A stretch of 64,000 nucleotides of DNA from a virus. The notes beneath the pieces are model-generated. The model searched no databases, was not told the DNA's origin, and worked only from the letters and a program-made list of their open reading frames with translations. Both the position numbers and the translations under genes were made by a program. The stretch is from positions 16,701-80,700 of the IMG/VR virus record IMGVR_UViG_3300019762_000001. The stretch is one strand, 5' to 3'. Every line of letters begins with the position of its first letter. Positions within the stretch are counted from its first letter, which is position 1. Positions 57,947-64,000 of the stretch are shown piece after piece.

Positions 57947-58286
57947 AAGCTTAACACCAAACCGGAAAAAATGGAAACAGATGATATATAAAAGCCCAAT
58001 GAAAAGATACAATGTAAGAATCAGAACCTTCGACTCAGATGGAGCCTACGAAGAAGAGTTCAAACCCCTAGAGAAATTCATTGAAGATAACATAGAGGGA
58101 GTAATCTCAAATGGATCAGGGAAATTAGAAACCCTGGAAGAAAAGGTGGATAGATTAACGCTGACAGTAAGGCAGCTACTCATTACGCAATTCCAATCTA
58201 AACAATTAACTAAAGCTCAGCTACTAGAAATCATCGGGGTATACCCAGACGATAGTGAGCAGTATAAGATAATCAAAAGAATTTAG
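57933..58286 (+). CDS. Hypothetical protein
   Basis: ORF within the operon. Confidence 0.65.
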   Translation: MSLPKSLTPNRKKWKQMIYKSPMKRYNVRIRTFDSDGAYEEEFKPLEKFIEDNIEGVISNGSGKLETLEEKVDRLTLTVRQLLITQFQSKQLTKAQLLEIIGVYPDDSEQYKIIKRI

Positions 58287-58288
58287 TT

Positions 58289-58486
58289 ATGAGTATACAA
58301 TTCAGCGCAGGTGGCATAGATGCTAAGGGAAACCAAGAAGGTATCAAATGTACCAACTGCATCGACTGACAGGTACACGTAATAGGTACAGGAGAAAGCT
58401 ACAGATGCCCAGAATGTGGGGGTACTGGTTGGGTAGAGAACCCAGAATGTGGAACCATAACCTTCGACCCATACCAATACCACTAA
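58289..58486 (+). pseudogene. Zinc-ribbon ORF interrupted by an in-frame TGA (pseudogene, readthrough or sequence error)
   Basis: MSIQF...KCTNCID*QVHVIGTGESYRCPECGGTGW...; TGA at 58367-58369. Confidence 0.6.
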
Positions 58487-58721
58487 CAGACCGAAGCCCA
58501 TTTCTTTCTTGATTTGGGCTTCATTGTGTTTAGTACGTGAATTGCTTTAGGCCGAAGGCCTGCTGCGAAGCAACGTGGAAAACGTGATCAGCATAGGTGG
58601 GATGCGACCGCTACTGATTATCGAGGAAGAGGGGTTCGGGTCCTTAACGTATGGGGGATTTTCGAAATTTGTATTTTTGGGGGGGTTCTGGTTTGGGGTT
58701 TGTAGTTGGAGCGTGGATCCT

Positions 58722-58822
58722 TTTCGGTTTCAGGTTTCAGGTTTTCACCTTTCAGGCTTCAGGCTTCAGGCTTCAGGGATCGCTTCGTTATCACTTCAGG
58801 ATCAGGATCAGGGATCAGGATC
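58722..58822 (+). repeat. Short tandem repeats with a TCAGG core (6-7 bp period)
   Basis: Ten TCAGG copies in TTTCAGG, CTTCAGG and ATCAGG units. Confidence 0.85.
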
Positions 58823-58894
58823 GCCTTAACGTATGCGGGAAATTTGTGGTTGTGGGATCGGCGGATGGTATATGATAATTAAAAAATCTTAGAT

Positions 58895-58930
58895 AAAAAA
58901 TAGGGGACAGATTATTTTTGTCCCCCTATC
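58895..58930 (-). terminator. Terminator of the AT-rich cassette
   Basis: Minus strand ATAGGGGGACA...TGTCCCCTA followed by T6. Confidence 0.75.
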
Positions 58931-58936
58931 TAAATC

Positions 58937-59026
58937 TTAAATAAATATTCTTACAATCTGAAATACAATATAACAACTGAATAAAATCAGAAATACATTT
59001 ATTTTATTATTTAATATCTTTTTCAT
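58937..59026 (-). CDS. 29-aa hydrophobic peptide
   Basis: MKKILNNKINVFLILFSCYIVFQIVRIFI; ATG overlaps the upstream TAA. Confidence 0.5.
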   Translation of the reverse strand: MKKILNNKINVFLILFSCYIVFQIVRIFI

Positions 59027-59208
59027 TACACTAGCTTTAATTTATCTAAACTTTTAAACAACATTAATAAACATACAGTCTTTAATAATAGAATTGTAAC
59101 AACTAATAAAACAGTTTGCAAAGGAGTTAACTCCGTATTATTAAATAATTCTGTATATGCTTTTACAATAGCTAAGATTAAAAAGATAGTAGTAATAAAG
59201 TATTTCAT
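59026..59208 (-). CDS. Small two-TM membrane protein
   Basis: 60 aa with two hydrophobic helices. Confidence 0.65.
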   Translation of the reverse strand: MKYFITTIFLILAIVKAYTELFNNTELTPLQTVLLVVTILLLKTVCLLMLFKSLDKLKLV

Positions 59209-59302
59209 AATATATAGTTTTTAAATTTTAAAAAAAAGAGAAATAAGGAGCTTATCAATTGCGGAATTAATAAACTCCTATTTGGGCTATTTGGGTGAAT
59301 GA

Positions 59303-59824
59303 TTATGCAATCTTTTTAAATATTTGCTGAATATCAGCATCCTTTATTTTAAAGTTTTTAACTTCTTTTAAAAATGTATCTATTGATGAATACATTTTAG
59401 ATGAAATGTTACAAAGAGACTCCGGGGTGAAATCATTAATCAAATAACAGTCCTTATAATATTTTAAGAATCCAACTATTAAAACTTGTTTGTCAGAATC
59501 ATTTGCATTATTATAAGCGTTTATCATTTGCTCTAAATGTTTTCTAAATTTAGATCTTTGTCCGCTTGTATTTCTTTTTTCAAAATTTAAAGACTTAACA
59601 TGCTTTTGTGCATTCACAAAAACTAAATCTTCTTTTTCAACTGCAAAAACAAATTTGTACAATCCTTTTTGAGAATTTGCATTTGTTGTTTTTACATTAA
59701 GCTCATTTGCTTTTTCTAAAATTGAATCCAAATTAGATAAATCTAATCCCAATAATTCATCGTCTGAAACGTTTACTTTTTTTACGTTTACTTTTGCTGC
59801 TTTTGTGTTTACTTTTGTAGTCAT
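59303..59824 (-). CDS. Hypothetical protein in the AT-rich island
   Basis: Start reassigned to MTTKV (59824), downstream of the promoter. Confidence 0.7.
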   Translation of the reverse strand: MTTKVNTKAAKVNVKKVNVSDDELLGLDLSNLDSILEKANELNVKTTNANSQKGLYKFVFAVEKEDLVFVNAQKHVKSLNFEKRNTSGQRSKFRKHLEQMINAYNNANDSDKQVLIVGFLKYYKDCYLINDFTPESLCNISSKMYSSIDTFLKEVKNFKIKDADIQQIFKKIA

Positions 59825-59885
59825 TTTGTTTGTTTTTAATTTGTCTAAATAAGACGTTAATAATAGTTTGTTTGTTTCTTCATTA

Positions 59886-59918
59886 CAAACATACGAAGAT
59901 TTTTTAATTTGCAACAAA
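59886..59918 (-). promoter_or_regulatory. Bacteroidota sigma-A-type promoter
   Basis: TTTG-21 nt-TATGTTTG with a very AT-rich upstream region. Confidence 0.75.
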
Positions 59919-60901
59919 TAAAAATGCAATTATTTTAATTTATTTTCTTATTTATTTTAATTTCAAATTATTAAAATAATTAATTAAAAATTTGGAATTA
60001 ATTAATTTTTTGATTTATTAATATCCTTATATACCAAAATCCAAATCCAAATCCCATCCCGGTTATAATTTCTACGGCCATGATAGCCTCTGGGCCCTAT
60101 TACATTCGAGCTTCTGGGCCAACCTATCCTGATCCTCTTTTGGGGCCCTTGTCCTGGGCTGGCGGGATCCCACGTCGGCTATGATAGCGGATCCCAGTTG
60201 TCCCTGACTGGAGCCCTCAGGATCCCATGTAGGCCTGATAAAGGATTAGAGGGATCCTACGTAGAGCGTTAGACATCCCAACATGTATCCAGCACTCCCA
60301 AACAAAAGACTCCCCAATCAAATCACCAATCCATGACCATAAGCTAAAGTACTATATATACAACTTAGAGAGCGGGGGGGGCTGGGGATGGTTCGGATGT
60401 GGGTTTAGTTTGTTGGGTATGGTATCAGGGCTTCATGGTTCCCCGTGGACACAGGCCTGATAGGTAAGCGCTGATAGTATTGGTTTGTATCTATTTCAGG
60501 TACCTAGATTTCTCTTGTATGTGGGCCATGATCCCGCAATGGTAAAAGAGCTTCCTAGCTTCATGGCCGGATGGCTGGAGTACCATACAAACAAAGGCTT
60601 CTGGGCTGTAGGGCCGGCTAGCAGCCGGGATAAGGGATGCCAGTGTTATTTCAAGCTCAAGGTCAATTAGGTATATGTGTAATTGAATATGTAGAGTGAT
60701 CCCAGTATATGTAGATGGGTACCTATGTTGATGTAGGTATATACGAATAATAAAAAAGGAGAAAAATAAGTAGGTGAGTAGTATATATGTGTAGTTGTCT
60801 TATATAGTTTCTAAGTTGTATATAGATAGTAGTTACTTAGTGGTTTTCTAGATAAGGGTTGTTTTGGGGGGGGGTGGGACGTTTGGAGTGCTGTGGGACA
60901 G

Positions 60902-60930
60902 AATACCCCAGCCTATTCGGCTAGGGTATT
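60902..60930 (-). terminator. Hairpin ending the minus-strand gene array
   Basis: AATACCCCAGCC/GGCTAGGGTATT inverted repeat. Confidence 0.55.
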
Positions 60931-60956
60931 TGAAGGTAGTATAGCTAAGTGGGTTA

Positions 60957-61208
60957 TTAGTCCCAGTCCTCAATAACCTCCTCTATTGTCGTATAGTTCG
61001 AGGCTAGCATTCGGGCTGATATAAAGGATTCCTTGAGGGTTTTAGCGGTATCTATGAATTCCTCCTCGATAGGTTCTATGTACCACTCATTAGTTACTTG
61101 TTTGATGACCCCAGTTTTAGCCTTTTCAAAGTTCTCGGACATTTGGATATAAATCATGTCTGGAGAAGCATGGTCCTCGGATAGAAATTGAAAGATGTAT
61201 AGTTTCAT
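60957..61208 (-). CDS. Hypothetical protein
   Basis: ORF in the array. Confidence 0.7.
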   Translation of the reverse strand: MKLYIFQFLSEDHASPDMIYIQMSENFEKAKTGVIKQVTNEWYIEPIEEEFIDTAKTLKESFISARMLASNYTTIEEVIEDWD

Positions 61209-61216
61209 GGTTATAA

Positions 61217-61573
61217 TTATTTAAGTGTATCTAAGTAATTGTTCAAAGCTAACTCCCAATGACCAGTGAAGAAGGATTTGGCATAGGCTCCGGATCCCCT
61301 GATGATTTGTGGTTCCCAGTCCCCGTTTGGCTGTTTCTTAATTACTTCAGTCTTATTGGTAGGTACATCGGTAATGACGATAATAGTGGATTCTGTTAGG
61401 AGATGTTTCTCTAGATTGCGAATTGCCCTGAAGTGATCAGGCATTGAGGATTCCCTAGTTCGTTTGTGCAGTTCTTCAAGTAATGGTTTGAATACTGCAG
61501 CAAGATCTTTTGTTACTGCTGTGCAGGTAGTGATCTCTTGGTGTTTCTGGCTGATGAAGGTAATTGTTTTCAT
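61217..61573 (-). CDS. Hypothetical protein, paralogue of 62297..62659
   Basis: Start at MKTITF (61573), downstream of the promoter repeat. Confidence 0.7.
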   Translation of the reverse strand: MKTITFISQKHQEITTCTAVTKDLAAVFKPLLEELHKRTRESSMPDHFRAIRNLEKHLLTESTIIVITDVPTNKTEVIKKQPNGDWEPQIIRGSGAYAKSFFTGHWELALNNYLDTLK

Positions 61574-61597
61574 ATCTTTTTTATTTGTTTGTTTATA

Positions 61598-61637
61598 CAA
61601 ATATACGTATAATATAGATATAAAATAGAATCCCAGA
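61598..61637 (-). promoter_or_regulatory. 40-bp repeated promoter, copy 1
   Basis: 39/40 identical to 63110-63149; ends in TATATTTG. Confidence 0.8.
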
Positions 61638-61671
61638 ACCAACCCTAAGGCTGGCCTGGGTATACCCTGTA

Positions 61672-62040
61672 TTATTTGGGAGATGAGGAAAATCCTCTGA
61701 AATGGCCTCTCCATGTACCCCCATGATTTAATTCTGGGCTGTCCACGAATTCGAAACTGTATTTTGTCCTAGCCTTACTGAGTATTCTTACTTTCTCTGG
61801 TCTACCTTTGTGACTTACATAGGCAATGGTACCCGGCTCAGCAAAACCATTCCTGAGTGTTTGGTCATTTGTAGTAAGGGGTTTTAAGCTAGAAACTATA
61901 GCTTTAAGGGTAAGAGTAAATTCTTCCTCGCTGTATTTTACTCTACTAGAAATCTTCTTATGACCATGCTTTTCCAATACTTTATTGATAGCCTCATCCA
62001 GGTCATGGTGGATATTTGATATTTGTTGTTCCCTGTTCAT
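61672..62040 (-). CDS. Hypothetical protein
   Basis: Likely start MNREQ just after the upstream stop. Confidence 0.65.
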   Translation of the reverse strand: MNREQQISNIHHDLDEAINKVLEKHGHKKISSRVKYSEEEFTLTLKAIVSSLKPLTTNDQTLRNGFAEPGTIAYVSHKGRPEKVRILSKARTKYSFEFVDSPELNHGGTWRGHFRGFSSSPK

Positions 62041-62044
62041 GTTA

Positions 62045-62293
62045 TTAATAATAGCCTTGGGCATTTTTCTCGCCCTCGAAGTTAACTAATTCTGATCGTT
62101 GTTGGTCCCTAAATACCGAGATTTTGTATTCTGGCTCGGGATAGCTAGATTTAAGAGATTCATAGACCTTTTTGACATGGTCCTGGGGCAATGTACTCTC
62201 CACTTTAAAGAAATGGGCATAGCCCGGGGTTATACCCAAGCATAATTCCTTGGGGTCCTGCATCTTAGCTACGTTTATGGTATATTTAGGCAT
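62045..62293 (-). CDS. Hypothetical protein
   Basis: ORF in the array. Confidence 0.7.
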   Translation of the reverse strand: MPKYTINVAKMQDPKELCLGITPGYAHFFKVESTLPQDHVKKVYESLKSSYPEPEYKISVFRDQQRSELVNFEGEKNAQGYY

Positions 62294-62296
62294 AAC

Positions 62297-62659
62297 TTAG
62301 GATTTTGAGTTATCTATAAAGGCAATCTCAGCCTGGTTAGTATATTGTATAAGATCAACTGCCCTGAAATGATCCCCGATGTCCTCTGTATTAATATAGG
62401 ACCTATGATCTGCAGAATAACGATATACCCGAGTAATATGGGAGGTATGAGCAGAGATAACAATAACCTGAGGTAAATTCTTAAACTCATTGAGAGTCAA
62501 TTCAATTACCTTAGCCCAGCTCTCTTTGGGTTTTGGTAAGATCTCATAGCTAGCATCTACTTTATCCAGGATATGATGGATAGCTTCGGGTATATTATTT
62601 CCCATGCCCGTACAGGTATGGATTCCGTCTTTGTAGGTAATAAAGGTAATAGTTTTCAT
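62297..62659 (-). CDS. Hypothetical protein, paralogue of 61217..61573
   Basis: MKTITFI...TCT N-terminus. Confidence 0.7.
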   Translation of the reverse strand: MKTITFITYKDGIHTCTGMGNNIPEAIHHILDKVDASYEILPKPKESWAKVIELTLNEFKNLPQVIVISAHTSHITRVYRYSADHRSYINTEDIGDHFRAVDLIQYTNQAEIAFIDNSKS

Positions 62660-62703
62660 GTGTTTTGTTTATTTGTAATTAATAATAGGTTATATGTCTT
62701 GGG

Positions 62704-63081
62704 TTATGACCATACCCAGGTTCTCAGGGTATCTATCCAAGATTTGTTTTTGAGCTGTCTATACCAGATTTCTTTGTAATCCTTAAGTAAGTTAGGATCT
62801 GTCCCGTGCTCTTGAATGTAGAACATATGCTGAATTACCAGGATGGATTGAGCAATATAGAATGGGTTCTCTAGATCAGCGATTAGTTTATCGTAATCAT
62901 CATGAGTAAAGGGTTCCAGAGTTCCTATACATTTGTTAGGTGACCAGCAAATGTTATCCAGGTTAGATTTTGCTCCCAGTACCCAAGTTTGATATGTTAG
63001 GTAGTCCTTAGCAGAATGATTAAGATCCTGTTTCTCTGCGGGGCAATGTAGTAAGTCAAGGGTTTCTCTAAAGTCTTTCAT
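62704..63081 (-). CDS. Hypothetical protein
   Basis: Start at MKDFRE, downstream of the promoter repeat. Confidence 0.65.
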   Translation of the reverse strand: MKDFRETLDLLHCPAEKQDLNHSAKDYLTYQTWVLGAKSNLDNICWSPNKCIGTLEPFTHDDYDKLIADLENPFYIAQSILVIQHMFYIQEHGTDPNLLKDYKEIWYRQLKNKSWIDTLRTWVWS

Positions 63082-63109
63082 AATTTTATTATTTGTTTGT
63101 TTCATTATT

Positions 63110-63149
63110 CAAATATACATATAATATAGATATAAAATAGAATCCCAGA
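63110..63149 (-). promoter_or_regulatory. 40-bp repeated promoter, copy 2
   Basis: TCTGGGATTCTATTTTATATCTATATTATATGTATATTTG. Confidence 0.8.
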
Positions 63150-63227
63150 TCTAACCAGGCTTCCAACAAATAAGGCCCCCCAATAATGAGAGGCCCTAAG
63201 TGAGTAGTTGTAAGTAATAAGAAAGGG

Positions 63228-63404
63228 TTATTCTGTATCTTCAGCATTTGAAATACCTTTACGTAGAGCCTCTATATCCCAAACTCTGTAAGTAGTAGGT
63301 ATGTCATTATGCCTGAATTTTGATTGTGGATGTGGTGCACTGGCCAATACTATATCTAATATGTCCAGCAATTGTTTTTGTTGTTCTTCTGAAATCTTTT
63401 TCAT
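63228..63404 (-). CDS. 58-aa hypothetical protein
   Basis: MKKISEEQQKQLLDILD...; starts 1 nt after the upstream stop and is below the track's length cutoff. Confidence 0.6.
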   Translation of the reverse strand: MKKISEEQQKQLLDILDIVLASAPHPQSKFRHNDIPTTYRVWDIEALRKGISNAEDTE

Positions 63405-63405
63405 G

Positions 63406-63945
63406 TTATTTACTTTTACGGAATTTGTGCATAGATAGGGTCATAAAGACCAGAGTAATCTCAAGAAATGCCATTTGCAATCGTAGTTGTATAGCTTTTT
63501 CATGAGTGATGGCACCAATTTGGCACTGGTCTAGTATAGTAGTACTAATGTTAAAGTAGAATAATAATGTAGCGAATAATAAGCATACTAGAAATATGTC
63601 GAATAGATTAATTCGGATTCTCTTTTTCTTAGCCCGGGGCCCCTTACCAAATTGGTCATAATGTTGTTGAGCCTGTACCCCCATATGGTTTAGGAATAAC
63701 TCCACCCCCAAAATTGGTTCCTCTGGGTATGTAGTGAGTAGGAATTCCCATTCTCCATTCTCATCAAGTTCCATGGTATAGGCGGTGCCTAGAATTGTTT
63801 CGGGGTCTGTAATATCCATATCATCGGTGATTAACACATAGTTATCTGGCTCCCATTGCAGGTCCTCATGGTCCCTTATGCTGGGGTGGGCATTGACCTC
63901 TTCCACGGTATAGCACTTGATAGTATCCGGCAAATGTTTGTTCAT
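63406..63945 (-). CDS. Hypothetical protein with two C-terminal TM helices
   Basis: Acidic N-terminal domain followed by two hydrophobic segments. Confidence 0.7.
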   Translation of the reverse strand: MNKHLPDTIKCYTVEEVNAHPSIRDHEDLQWEPDNYVLITDDMDITDPETILGTAYTMELDENGEWEFLLTTYPEEPILGVELFLNHMGVQAQQHYDQFGKGPRAKKKRIRINLFDIFLVCLLFATLLFYFNISTTILDQCQIGAITHEKAIQLRLQMAFLEITLVFMTLSMHKFRKSK

Positions 63946-64000
63946 GTATTTAACAGCCTGGCCTAAAGTTTTAGGTAATCTGGGTTTGAATAGCTTAAGC

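Noticed and set aside
58722-58822. CRISPR array
   Set aside because: Units are 6-7 bp with no unique spacers, and no cas genes are present.
58283-58875. Track ORFs 58283..58501(-), 58575..58829(+) and 58651..58875(+)
   Set aside because: The first is antisense to the zinc-ribbon ORF; the others are translations of tandem-repeat DNA.
1-64000. Genome-wide stop-codon reassignment as in some crAss-like phages
   Set aside because: Long genes are intact in the standard code and TAA, TAG and TGA all act as stops; only one in-frame TGA was seen.
1-64000. Integrated prophage
   Set aside because: No integrase, repressor, att site or flanking host genes in this window; they cannot be excluded outside it.

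Overview
The whole window is part of a large tailed dsDNA phage (contractile tail, myovirus-like). The host is most likely a Bacteroidota bacterium: there are TAnnTTTG -7 promoters, A-rich starts without Shine-Dalgarno sites, BACON domains and a DUF5675 lysin. No integrase or host genes are visible. Layout: (i) 1-7 kb minus-strand accessory and transcription genes, including a tRNA-like RNA with an enlarged anticodon arm, a sigma-region-4-like protein and a NusG/UpxY-family factor; (ii) 7-25 kb recombination and replication (resolvase, SbcCD, 5'-3' exonuclease, RecA, SSB, PolA, SF2 helicase, primase, DnaB); (iii) a lone plus-strand sigma-like gene; (iv) 25.8-52.9 kb a full tail, baseplate, head and packaging module; (v) lysis genes, a cruciform cluster and an atypical C5-methyltransferase; (vi) 55-64 kb small genes around a repeat-flanked AT-rich island. 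Best candidates for new biology: (1) a cytosine-modification pathway made of two thymidylate-synthase paralogues with the dCMP-type Asp, a dNMP kinase and a gp56-like pyrophosphatase, possibly completed by the C5-MTase homologue with eroded SAM motifs; (2) a tail fibre and its neighbour that both carry Sec signal peptides; (3) a phage NusG + sigma4-like + sigma transcription kit. All family assignments come from motif recognition by eye, not database searches.
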